From: Octopus sinensis
Lineage: Eukaryota
DNA: 64,000 bases
Direction of reading: 5' to 3'
NCBI RefSeq assembly: GCF_006345805.1
Contig: NC_043004.1
Location: forward strand, 60,202,001-60,266,000
Positions 39,862 through 52,444 of the stretch are shown piece after piece. The notes beneath the pieces are model-generated. The model saw only the letters and a program-made list of their open reading frames with translations. It ran no database searches and was not told the DNA's origin. A program made the translations under genes and the position numbers. Each line of letters starts with the position of its first letter. Position 1 is the stretch's first letter.

Positions 39862-42373
39862 GTATATATATATATAATATAAATTTTTATGTATATATAT
39901 GTGTATACATATATATGTGTGTGCGTGTGTATACACATACATATATATAATTTTACGACAGAAAATACCAACAACGAATTTAAATTAAGAGGTGTCATTA
40001 ATTACTAGTTCACTATATCATTAATAAATTGGAACGTTTCTTTGACGTTTGACTCCCAGTACTGTGCCAGATATTTCGATAGATAGAAGGGTGGAGAGTT
40101 GAAGAAGGAAGGAAGACAACAGACGAACTCTATCTGTTTTTGTGTGCAACTGTCTGTACATATCTGTATGGGAGCTTTTGTTCTTGTGGGTTTCAACTTG
40201 AAGTTTGCAATAAGTTTTTAGTCTTTTGCGTCATATGCCTACAATATCTTAGTTTTGTTTTCTGTTTTCCTTCCGATCAGTTGTAACTTTACAGCGACAC
40301 GTATGCCAGTAAATCTACTAAAACTTCTCGTTTATTGCAACAATTCAAATACATTCATGATTATTAATATTTTAAATTCTTCAATAACCACACGGGTATT
40401 ACCTTTGTCTGTGGTTTTATACTACATCGCCATCTTCCATTAAATGTCGCATCTATATTACAGTTCCGGAGAAAACAGTTTGTTTCCAGCCACCATTCAA
40501 TAAATTACCGTTGTTAAATGCAGAGAAAATATAAAATAATCAGGCAAATAAAAAAATCACTGACGCTACCGGATTGAAGCAGAAAGTAAATTATGTTATA
40601 CAATTGTACAATTTTAGCACACTGAGTGGGTAAAATTTATTTAGTAGACATCAGAGAGTAGACGTTAATCGCTGCAGGAAGGTTGATCTTAACTTGATAT
40701 TCCTAAGATCAATGGCATTGTTGCTGATATTTTAAAATATAAATTGCATTGCTGATAGTAACAAGTAGTTCCATCGCTACTACTGTCATCTCCTTTCTCT
40801 CTTATATTATTTTATTGTCGTTTTTCTATTCGTAAACGTATCCGCGACAATTTACGAATGTTTCACTGTTTAAAACCGCTTACAATGAGAGACATATATT
40901 AATGTTCATTGTTCGGACGTCAGTATTACTTTCAGTATGTCCTATCAAATGTACGTCTGTTTATGCTAGAAATCCTTTAAATATATCCATACCTTCTTTG
41001 ACATGACTCCAGGTTTGTGTTTGTATACATTCATGAAAATACACACACACACATGTGTGTGAAATTCAATTTATGTGCTATTCTTTACAGCTGTACCTGA
41101 GGTTTTGGAGGAACTATAAGTTCAAGATTGGAAATATATAAATCAATTACATTTTGTCAAGATAATGTGGCAGTTCCAGGATGGGACGGATGTTATTTAG
41201 CCCCAAGAAACATCATTTCCAACTGATTGTACGATACAAAGGTTCTGTATCCTTATATTTCCGAACAGGTGAGATCAGCACCTCCACCCACATCTTCGCA
41301 TCTGCGAATCGGTTTCTGGATTATTGCCCTTTATCAGAGTGCATTAGTTTGATTATTAGCTTCTGATCTGCTGCCGAAAATATACAGATTTCAAAGTGGT
41401 GTTACTGTATATCTCTCATTGAGAGATTTAGAAATAATAATATTTGTATATTGTAGATCAGTAACGGTGTGTCAGATTGAAAAGTATATATTCGTCTCAT
41501 CCTGGGGGACTACTACATATTCTTGATAAAACATCATTACTTTATGGTACCGTTACTGTATATACCTCTTGGAGACATTTAGAAATGATAATATTTCTAA
41601 TATATAAATCTCTTTTCGAATAATGGTACTGGAAGTATGTGACATGGTCTTATAAATAATACCATGCAAAAGTTGGTTTGAAAAACCCTTTTGGTAAAAA
41701 AAAGTTTAAAACTGCAGGGGGAACAGGAATTCACATACTTCATCGCTACCATTGCACCACAGGAAACCTCCAAATATTTTTCTGTCTATTTTAGAAACTT
41801 AGATCATACCTGCGAGAATTATATGCTGCTGATCTCTTCAGGATTTCGGGAGAGAGTGATGTAATTTATTTTTATAATAATGGTTTTCGAAGCATTTGAT
41901 ATATATCTGTAAAGAATAGCATGTGAATGTGAAGTTGAAAAATACTTTTAGAGAAAAAAAACTTCGAATAGTGCACGTGCTATATCATTAAAATATATAT
42001 ATTTCTCGTTCTCTAAAACGGTTATAATATTCTTATGGCGTCAAGAACACACGCATATGTTGTTGTGCGATTACGTATGGATATCTATCTATCTATACAA
42101 ATATGTATGTGTATGTATCTACATAGGTGTATATATATCTATATCTATATATATGTATATATATATGTATGTATATATATATATGTATGTATGCATATAT
42201 ATGTATGTATGTGTATATATATATATATATGTATGTATATATATATATATATATATGTTGGAATGGCAACTAAATTCCCCCCGTTTTTTTTTTATTTTGG
42301 AATCTTTTTTTGCTTTTTGTTTTTTTCTTCTAGATAATTTTAGCTAATTTTTGTTTATTTTCAGGTCATTAAA

Positions 42374-42890
42374 TTGGAATGTCAAGTTAAGAAAAACGAG
42401 CATTTTCGACACCTCCTTCTTTTTGCTTTTAAGTTCTAAGTCTGCAAAAGCTGCTCGCGACATTTGTGCTGTGTATGGAAAGGGTGCCATATCTGAAAGA
42501 ACTGCTTGTGATTGGTATGCAAAGTTCAAACATGGAAATTTTGACCTCAAAGACGCACCTCGTTCTGGCCGTCCACTTGAGTTCCAGGAAGAGTGACTAA
42601 ACCAACTTTTGCACGAAAATTCTCGTCAAACGACAAGGGAACTGACAGAAAAAATGGAATGTTCCTACACTGCTACGGAGACGCATCCTCACTCGATGGG
42701 AATTGTTCAGAAGTATGGAGCACAGGTTCCGCATGCTTTAAGGGACAACAACAAAACTCAACGAGCCACAATCTCCGCTGGTTTGCTTGCTCGTCACCGC
42801 TGAACTCATGGACACAAGCAACGTTTACTTTACCGAATCGTTACTGGCGACGACAAATGGTGCATGTACGTCAATATGAAGCAGCATGAG
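42374..42890 (+). mobile_element. Mariner transposase pseudogene, N-terminal half
   Basis: ECQVKKNEHFRHLLLF...WYAKFKHGNFDLKDAPRSGRP...QTTREL...RIVTGDDKW, then deleted. Confidence 0.88.
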
Positions 42891-42991
42891 AGCTCGGTTG
42901 GATCAATTTTTCGAGTCGAAAAAGTGGGAATATATTATTGATTAATTAGTCGATATTTTTTATTAAACGTTACAAAAATTTTAATTTTAAT

Positions 42992-43046
<55 letters not shown>

Positions 43047-43131
43047 TATAAAAAAGTTGAGTTGTGGGGTATCGCACGAGTGGTATTATATATGGAAAAA
43101 GGTTTGAAAATGCAATTTAAACGATGTTTAT

Positions 43132-43176
43132 TTACTTAACCGGTTTCACTCTTTGGTAAAAGATTGTCAAAAGTAA
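43132..43176 (-). ncRNA. Minimal type I hammerhead-like motif, U3-A8 variant
   Basis: Minus strand TTACTT-TTGACAA-TCTTT-TACC-AAAGA-GT-GAA-ACCGGT-T-AAGTAA: 6-bp stem I, 5-bp stem II, palindromic stem III. Confidence 0.45.
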
Positions 43177-43739
43177 CATTGAATATTATGGGTTCAAAAA
43201 AAGTTTTTTACATAATTGTCACATTGAATATTATGAATTCAAAAATGTTTTTTTATACATAATTGTCACATTACATGTATAAATATAGTATAAAAAAGTT
43301 CAATAGTGTGATGAGAATATTGGAAAAATTGGCAGAAAAGAATAAAACAAATATATTATTGGAAATTTGGTTGCGTTAATTATTGGTTGTCGCAAATTGT
43401 CACATTACATGTATATATATACAGTCTTTGGTAGAAAGGACATGTTAAAGACATAAGGAAGTGTAACAGTTTGGTGAGAAAGCTTGTAATATTGACAGAA
43501 AATTAAAATGGATATTTTAGACATCTCAGAATATTTTGAATCGAAGGCGAGAATTTGTTTTTTACTGACCTGTTTGTTTTAGCAGAAGTTGAATTGAGAG
43601 AAAAAAAAGATATGTACCCAGTTTGGTTATACTTCCCCTTCAAGCATCAGTGATTTTGGGGTTATTGGGAGGTGAGTATGCGGGTGTGAATAGATGTGTC
43701 CGTGTGCCTGCTGGTCAGACAGCGTCTGTTTGTCACACA

Positions 43740-44950
43740 CATATATACACAACACACACCAACAAATACACACCACACACATAGTATACACACACACACC
43801 ACATACACACAACCACACACACACAGAACACACACCACACACAACGCACCCACATATATAATATACACACAGCACACAAATATAACCTGTATTTATATAT
43901 AATATACACACTATATAACACATACACACACAACACACACACAACACACACACACACACACAACACAAACACACGCACACATATATACATAATATAAATA
44001 TCACACAAATACACCTAGCATATATATACACATACAATACACATACACAGCATGTATTTAATACACATACACAATATATGCATGCAATATACATACGCAA
44101 TACATACATATAATATATATATATATAGACAATGCATATACATATATACATATATACATATAAATAGTGTTTACATACACATACATAGATATACCACATA
44201 TCACACAATATACATACATACAATGCATACACATACACGTACGCATACATATATATATATAGACACACACACACATAACATCCATACACAATGCATACAT
44301 ATATATACACGCAACGTATATACATGTATTCATGTATATATAGCACACTTACAATATACATATATACAATGCACACATACACACATATATACTTAATTGT
44401 ACACATACATATACAATACACATACATACAATATACATATACACAATGCGCATGCAAATAATGCACATGTTTATACACACATATACATGAAAATATATAT
44501 ACACACACACATACACACACGTATATATATATACACATATATATATATATATACATATACATACATACATACATGCACATACATATATTTTTTCACACAC
44601 ATACACACACATATATATATAAAATTCACACACATACCCTCACACACAAAATACAAACCTATAGCGTACACACTCAAATATATCTCTACATACCGCACAC
44701 ACACACAAACAATGTACTCACATATACACATATACCATGCATATACACACACAGCACACACATATATATATATATATATAAAAACAAATACACATGTAAA
44801 TACATACACACGTACACAATGCTCACACACACACACACATACACACACACACGCACACAGTGCACACACACACACACATATATACACACGTGCACACACA
44901 CACACACAACGCGCGCACACACACATATATGTATGTATGTGTATGTATAT
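43740..44950. repeat. About 1.2-kb degenerate (CA)/(TA)/(TACA) low-complexity tract
   Basis: Direct inspection; source of the 317-aa C/V/Y ORF. Confidence 0.9.
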
Positions 44951-45195
44951 GTATCTATGTATATTGGAGTTTAGAAACACGCTACAATACGTCGCTTCCC
45001 CATGGAAGGAGATCATTCTGACCTCGATAACTATCGATTTATACTTACTTTAAATATCTGAAAGGTAGCGAAGACAGATAGCAACTTTCTGCAGCATCGA
45101 AAAGCCTTAACTGTTCTTCCCGACTGTCAATATGGCGCCCATAAAATCATATCTTCTGCTGACCTACTCTATTGTTGGGTTAGAGATATTTTATT

Positions 45196-45390
45196 TTCTA
45201 CCCTAGGCTCAAGGTCCGAAATTTTTGGGAGGGGGCAAGTTGATTAGATCGACCTCAGTACGAAACTGGTACTTAATTTATCGATCCCAAAAGGATGAAA
45301 GGCAGTGTCGATCTCAGTGGAATTTCGTCTGAGAACGTAAAGACGGGCGAAATACTGCAAAGCATTTAGCACGGCTTGTTGACGTTTCTC
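45196..45390 (-). mobile_element. SINE family A, short-tail form
   Basis: Core aaggatgaaaggcagtgtcgatctc, tail cttgcccctcccaaaaatttcggaccttgagcctagggtagaaa on the minus strand. Confidence 0.78.
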
Positions 45391-45394
45391 ATCT

Positions 45395-45600
45395 CTTTAT
45401 TGTCAACAAGGGGCTAAACATAGAGGGGACAAACAAGAGCAGACAAAGGGATTAAGTCGAATACATCGACCTCAGTGCGTTACTGTACTTAATTTATCGA
45501 CCCCGAAAGGATGAAAGGTAAAGTCGACCTCGGCGGAATTTGAACTCAGAACGTAAAAGCAGACGGAATACCGCTAATGATTCTGGCAGTTCGTAGCCTT
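45395..45600 (-). mobile_element. SINE family A, long-tail form, in tandem with the preceding copy
   Basis: caaggggctaaacatagaggggacaaac...gtcgacctcggcggaatttgaactcagaacg. Confidence 0.85.
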
Positions 45601-45855
45601 TAGCGTAGATTTTTTTGTAAAAGTAATGTGTTTGCCTTTGATATCAACCTTTCTACCGTGCCTGGGATGCGAATTCGTATTTCGAATCACTAAGTCTCCT
45701 CTTGGTTGCATATCTTGGATGTAGCTTCATATAACATTGTACTATCACAGCGAATATCGTCAAAAAACTCTTTTTTCTTACGTGATATCAATACTTTTGT
45801 AGCTCTTCGTTCGATTTTATTTCCAGTGGTACAAGCAGCAGAGTTAGTGGTGGTG

Positions 45856-45891
<36 letters not shown>

Positions 45892-46685
45892 GCAGCAGCA
45901 GCAGCAGTAGTAGTAGTATTAGTGGTAGTAGTAGTATGCTTTTGTCGTTCGCGTGTGCCCTTGTATGTCCTTCGCGTGTGCCCATATACGTCCGTCGAGG
46001 CTTGCATTTTCGTATATATGCGTAATATATATATATACATAAACCACTAGAATATAAATTTAAAATATTTTGTTTAAGTGGTGAGCACACGCACAAGCAC
46101 ATACCAACATAACCTGCATACATACATACATACATACATACATACATACATACATACATACATACATACATAATTACATACAAATACACCCATACAAACA
46201 AATTTACATACATGCATGTAAATTTTGACATAACTACTAGAATATAATAAATTTAAACTATTTTTTCTTGAGTGGTGAAGACATATTTCATCTTGACTTC
46301 ATAATATCTGTTCAAACAAAGAAATAATCGGTATCGTTGTGAACACAATATGGTGGATTATAAATATTGTGACTTTAGATTTATTGACACAACAAAACAT
46401 CCCCCCTCTACCAATCACATCATCATTTCTCTCCTTGCTTTTATTTTTTATCTGCCTCTTCCAGGGAACATCCTAGTTTCAATTTATTTGCATTCCACTT
46501 CTATCTGTCTCTCATTTCATCTTTTGCTCTTTCTGTTTGTCTTTCGTTCTCACCGTCTGTCTGTTTGTCTGCCTGTCTAACTGCTAGTTTGTTTGTCTCT
46601 CTCTCTCTCACTCACTCTATCTATCTACCTACCTGTCTGTCTATCTATCTTTCTATCTTTCTGACTGTCTATATTTACATATTTA

Positions 46686-46756
<71 letters not shown>

Positions 46757-46772
46757 ATATATATATAATATA

Positions 46773-46804
<32 letters not shown>

Positions 46805-46884
46805 ATAGGAGATAAATAAAAATATATGCATACATACAAACATATATGTACGTACCTACATCTACATGTATATATAGATGCATA

Positions 46885-47370
46885 TATAAATAATTATACG
46901 GGAGTACAGGACATCACAATAAGACGTAGAAACGGAAAAAGCCAAGAAACAAAAAACAAGAAAACGGAAAACGAAAAACAAGAAAACGAAAAACAAATAC
47001 AGGACGAGCTACACAAGGACAAAACCCCCGTCATCAGCTGTCGCTAGAGGAGTCAGGCATGTTTCGAAGGCATAACAGAACACTAATCCAATAGGCCTTC
47101 CTGCGAGAGAATTAAAATAAAATTCCAAGCAGCGGGGCAAAATGAGTACGAACACAAACAAGACGTAACAATAAGACTGCAAAATTAAAATACATGTACA
47201 AAAACAAACACAAGAGGACGAACGAAAAAGCCTTTTTTCTGGCATAGACAAACGATAAAACTGCAAAAATAAAAATACATGTACAAAAAGTACAATTAGT
47301 TACAAAACGAGAAAATAACAAGAATACTATACAGGAAATCAACCACACAAGGGGACGAACGAAAATATAT
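46885..47370 (-). repeat. Interspersed repeat shared with 12828-13010, with an internal duplicated block
   Basis: Shared sequence as noted; actgcaaaa..aaaatacatgtacaaaaa and gacgaacgaaaa each occur twice. Confidence 0.6.
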
Positions 47371-47669
47371 ATATATCTGTCTGTCTGTCTATCTATGTGC
47401 TTGTCTGTCTATTACATTGTACGACAAAAATGAACATTATATCGACTACAGAGATGAGAATAACATTTTCTATAGTAGTTTTATGGGTAGATCACGAAAG
47501 AGGCAACTGTTTCTCAAAGAATGTTTTCTAGTTTATGGTAGTTGGGCTTTTTAATATTAAGGTATTTTTATAATTGTAATTTTTTCTTAATTTTCAGATT
47601 TTCAGAGAAAAAAACATAATAAAACACCTATAATATTTAATTTGATCTTTAATTAGAATAAATATTGAA

Positions 47670-47800
47670 ATGCCAAGAGGGCAATGTATAAATCACCCTG
47701 GAAAATTTTGTTATATCTGTGGTGCTGTGACATTCCAGAAGAGTGCAAGAAACATTACGCTGTTGGTAAAAAAAAGTATTACTTATATTTTGGTATCAAG
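47670..47800 (+). mobile_element. DNA transposase N-terminal fragment, Chapaev3/CMC-like
   Basis: MPRGQCINHPGKFCYICGAVTFQKSARNITLLVKK-(frameshift in an A run)-YYLYFGIK; the C.N.P..FCYICG...IT..V...Y..YFG pattern is recalled, not searched. Confidence 0.5.
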
Positions 47801-48152
47801 ATATATTATTTACTATTTATCACATATATATAAATGATATATAGTCTATTGACTAGTTTTATCTTCTCGCTAGACCACTGGTAGCAGAAAATATTTTTAT
47901 AAATGTTTTTTGCTACCCTGGAATTTATAAATATATATATATATATATATCCATATAAGTATGCATGCAAATATGTATGTATGTACGTATATTATGGGGA
48001 GTGAGAGTTAGGTGTCTAAGCTGAAAATTGATCTACCTGTGTAGACGTGAGCTCTTGGTGATGTAATGAGATACCTTGGAGTTATTGGTAGTTGAGCATC
48101 CTTTGTTCTGAAACGAATTACATATGTCACTAGATATATCATCATTAGAAGG

Positions 48153-48232
<80 letters not shown>

Positions 48233-49298
48233 ATACTGTATATATCTGTATATATTGTATACATATATATACGCGGGTTTGTTGAAAACTTGGTCTATAA
48301 CTTTGCTTATTGTTCCCGTCGATCCTGTTATTATAGGCACGTCCATTACTATTGGGATACAACAAATTCTAACCGTTTCAAATTTCAAGGGATTTCACTT
48401 ATTTACTTATTATTATTATTATTATCGTTATCATTATTACTTAATTTTAAAAACTAAATACACTGTTCACTATGCAATCCCCGCCACCACCTCCACCGCC
48501 ATCATCACCAACACCGACATTCGACCACCCACATCACCACCACCACCACCACCACCATCGCTTTCATCACATCTTCCTCCACCTCACTCCCTTTTCTCTT
48601 TCCTTCCTCTCTCTCCCTGCTCTCTATCTCTCCCTGTCTTTAACGTTACCATAGGAACATCACCTCTCTGCTAATATTATAGTTTTTAACTCCTCTTGTA
48701 CCGTCAACTAACTTTTTTTAATCACGTAATAAATATTGTGTCACCTCCTTCAAGTCATGAACGTTTCTCTCTCTTTTTCTTCCTCCTTCCGTCTCTTTAA
48801 CGTCACGCTTTATCTTCTTTTTCTCTCTCCTTTTTCTTTCTCCTCTCTTTTCTTTGAACTAATCACGTGAAAGCATTACAATTACATTCCCTCTACCGCA
48901 CGTCATGGACGCTTCTCTATCCCACTTTTCCCCTCCCTTTTATTCCCTCTTTCTATTTTTCTCTCCCTCCTTTCTTTCTCCCTCTCTTCTCTAATCATGT
49001 GAAATCGTTATAGACGGGCTAAGTAACGCAAAGACAAGCTGAATTATTATGAAATAATCTTGCCCAAAACCACTACAATTACGGTAACATGATGAGGTAG
49101 TGAAAGCGCTACACTGAAAACTGCGAAAAGTAGGTGTTAGAGTGATGTTAGATGTCGTATGAGAACAAAGCGTAGAGAGTGGCCGAGTTGGAGACTTGAA
49201 AAATCCTGTGGGATACCTCAATGCAAACATATCAAGTTCTAGAGAATAACCATCCAGACCTAGCGGTGGTATACAAGATGTAACACGTGCTAATATAT

Positions 49299-49529
49299 AT
49301 TTCTTTACTGCCCACAAGGGGCTAAACATAGAGGGGACAAACAAGGGCAGACAAACGGATTAAGTGGTTTACATCGACCCCAGTGCGAAACTGGTACTTT
49401 ATTTATCGACCCCGAAAGGATGAAAGGCAAAGTCGACCTCGGCGGAATTTGAACTCAGGACGTAATGGCAGATGAAATACGGCTACGCATTTCGCCCGGC
49501 GTGCTAACGTTTCTTCCAGCTCGCCGCCT
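49299..49529 (-). mobile_element. SINE family A, long-tail form; about 19 nt of the head is duplicated at 49531-49549
   Basis: Reverse complement similar to 5584-5810; ccagctcgccg occurs twice. Confidence 0.88.
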
Positions 49530-49554
49530 TTTCTGCCAGCTCGCCGTCTTTATA

Positions 49555-49887
49555 GTTGCTAATATAGTTGATGTTTGGAGTCCCTTCGACACACGAATAG
49601 TTAAGAAAGAAGGCGGAAAAGTCGATATATACAATTCTCTTAAATATGAAATAGCCCAGCTATGGAAAATGAGAAAAGAGAAGTCTGTGCCAATTATTGT
49701 TGGGTCCTTGGAGTCAATCTCAGAAGGCGTCAAGTGGTATATAACGGAAATCAGAATAGAGTGCATAGGAGAGCTGATGCAAAAGTTTTGCCTCCTTGGC
49801 AAGGACAGAATTTTCATGAAAGTATTCGATAGTTAAAAAGAACAGATGACATGCATGCAAGACTTCAGGATTTACAAGAACACCTGA

Positions 49888-49888
<1 letters not shown>
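49555..49888 (+). mobile_element. Second R4/Dong-type restriction-like endonuclease C-terminus with (AAT)n tail
   Basis: IVDVWSPFDTRIVKKEGGKVDIYNSLKYEIAQLWKM...VPIIVGSL, stop at 49836, then (AAT)n at 49889-49965. Confidence 0.72.
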
Positions 49889-49957
<69 letters not shown>

Positions 49958-49970
49958 TAATGATAATAAA

Positions 49971-50525
49971 TGCCCTGATGCAGTATCAGGCAGTGGTTCT
50001 CATGGCTTCTGATCTTAACTGATTGGAAGTGTTATCATGTACATTGTTTTGTCTTGGTATAAAAGATGGGCTACAGCAAATATTCTGCTCAATACCACAG
50101 ATTTGCTTGTCAGTTGTTTGACCTTAACCAGTTGAGCATGTCTCTTAGAGGCTGACGATATGTGCATCTCTGATTACGAGCAGAAGTAGTGGGGGAGCAT
50201 CATAGCCATGTGTTGAGAGGGATTCTTTGGGGTTTGAATAGTTCACCTCTGGAAACATGGGTGGTTCTTTCAACATCCTTAAACAACCCTTATTCGGGGA
50301 CCTTTTGAGCAGGATGGGCTACTCAACCAGAAGAAAATTCTAACTGGGCCCCACCTGCAAGGTCATGTGCTGTTTATCTTGATATGAGATCACAATATCG
50401 CGCACATATGGTTGTGATGCATGTGCCTGGTGTACCTTTATCAGACGGGTAGTCATGATGTGTATATTGGGCTTCGTATATTTTACCCCAGTGTCAATTT
50501 GATGGCATGCACTGCTCTCTCACTC
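49971..50525 (+). mobile_element. Non-coding 555-bp element embedded in (AAT)n
   Basis: (AAT)n on both sides; 3' ~200 bp homologous to 30219-30430. Confidence 0.7.
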
Positions 50526-50561
50526 AATAATAATAATAATAATAATAAAAATAATAATAAT

Positions 50562-50646
<85 letters not shown>

Positions 50647-50860
50647 GTAACAACAACAACAGTAAAAACAACAGCAATAATAATAATAATCCTTTCTCTT
50701 GTAGGCATAAATCCTTTGGAAGTTTGCCTGAAACTAACAAATTTTGAACAATTATATACTAAAGATGATGATAATGATGATAATGATGATAATGATGATA
50801 ATGATGATGATGATCATAACGATGAGTATGATGATGAGTATGATGATATAAAGGGTTAAA
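50526..50860. repeat. (AAT)n(AAC)n and (GAT)n tracts enclosing a SINE A short-tail remnant at about 50686-50730
   Basis: Direct inspection; aataatcctttctcttgtaggcataaa resembles the 14815-14845 tail. Confidence 0.8.
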
Positions 50861-51274
50861 TTTACGCTACCAACAAGATGGAATACGGACTAACGCCACA
50901 TGATTAGATGAGATGAAGTAGATAAGGTGATATGATAAATTGTGACCTGAACGTTGGAGAATTTCAGGAGTATGAGGCAGATGAGTAGAAAAGATAGACG
51001 GATGGTGATTTATTTATTTATTTTACTATTTGCTGCTTGATCAGGATTGGGAAACGGAATTTGCCTCAGTTTTGTCATAACTAACATTCTATGTATTCAT
51101 TTCGATGTATATCTGTGTCTACCTGTTTGTCAATCTATTTATCAATTTATATATCGATATATCCATGTATCAGTCAGTCTATCGATATCTCTCTCACTGC
51201 ACTCACACCCGCCGCGCGCACACACACACACACACACAGATATGCATCTACATATGTGTGTGTTTGAGTAAATA

Positions 51275-51365
<91 letters not shown>

Positions 51366-51440
51366 TATGTGTGTATGTGTGTATGTGTGTGTATGTGTGT
51401 GTGTATGTGTGTATGTGTGCGTGTGTTTATATATATATGT

Positions 51441-51848
51441 AGGCGCAGGGGTGGCTGTGTGGTAAGTAGCTTGCTAACCAACGACATGGTTCCGGGTTCA
51501 GTCCCACTGCGTGGCATCTTGGGCAAGTGTCTTCTGCTATAGCCCCGGGCCGACCAATGCCTTGTGAGTGGATTTGGTAGAAGGAAACTGAAAGAAGCCT
51601 GTCATGTATATGTATATATATGTATGTGTGTGTTGTGTGTCTGTCTGTCTGTATTTGTCCCCCTAGCATTGCTTGACAACCGATGCTGGTGTGTTTACGT
51701 CCCCGTCACTTAGCGGTTCTGCAAAAGAGACCGATAGTATAAGTACTGGGCTTACTAAGAATAAGTCTTGGGGTCGATTCGCTCGACTAAAGGCGGTGCT
51801 CCAGCATGGCCGCAGTCAAATGACTGAAACAAGTAAAAGAGTAAAGAG
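51441..51848 (+). mobile_element. SINE family B, full length
   Basis: Very similar to 32101-32500; tail gtaaaagagtaaagag. Confidence 0.9.
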
Positions 51849-51888
51849 TATATATATATATATACATATATATATGTATATATATATA

Positions 51889-52267
51889 CAGGGTGATTCA
51901 AAAGTCGCCATACATAGGAATAATTTATCTTTTTATAAGAAAGAGTTTAATAGAACAGTTTTTTTCTTTAACAGGCACTATACGGTGACCATTGTTTTGA
52001 ATACACATTGGAACACGTTTACCCTACTTGATTGTGAACTTATAATAGCACATCTGGTAATACATGTGCAAATGAGTTGGTGATGTGTTCTTTCAAATGA
52101 TTTATGTCTTTTATCTTTCTGCGATATACTATGCCTTTCAAGTGCCCCCAAAGATAGAAATCAAGAGGGGACAGATCAGGGGATCTCGGGGATCTTGTAA
52201 AACGTTTCTCATAAAAAAAAATATATTATATATTTTTCCTATGTATGGATACTTTTGAATCACCATG
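51889..52267 (-). mobile_element. Internally deleted Tc1/mariner-superfamily element, TA-flanked
   Basis: TIRs cagggtgattcaaaagtcgccatacatagg / cctatgtatggatacttttgaatcaccatg; minus strand encodes PRSPDLSPLDFYLWGHLKGIVY. Confidence 0.82.
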
Positions 52268-52326
52268 TATATATATATATATATATACATACATATACAT
52301 ATATATATATATATACACACACACAT

Positions 52327-52359
<33 letters not shown>

Positions 52360-52376
52360 CATACATATACATACAT

Positions 52377-52428
<52 letters not shown>

Positions 52429-52444
52429 ATATATGTATATATGG

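Noticed and set aside
49089-49115. atgatgaggtagtgaaagcgcta as a hammerhead
   Set aside because: Stem II is too short and stem I does not pair
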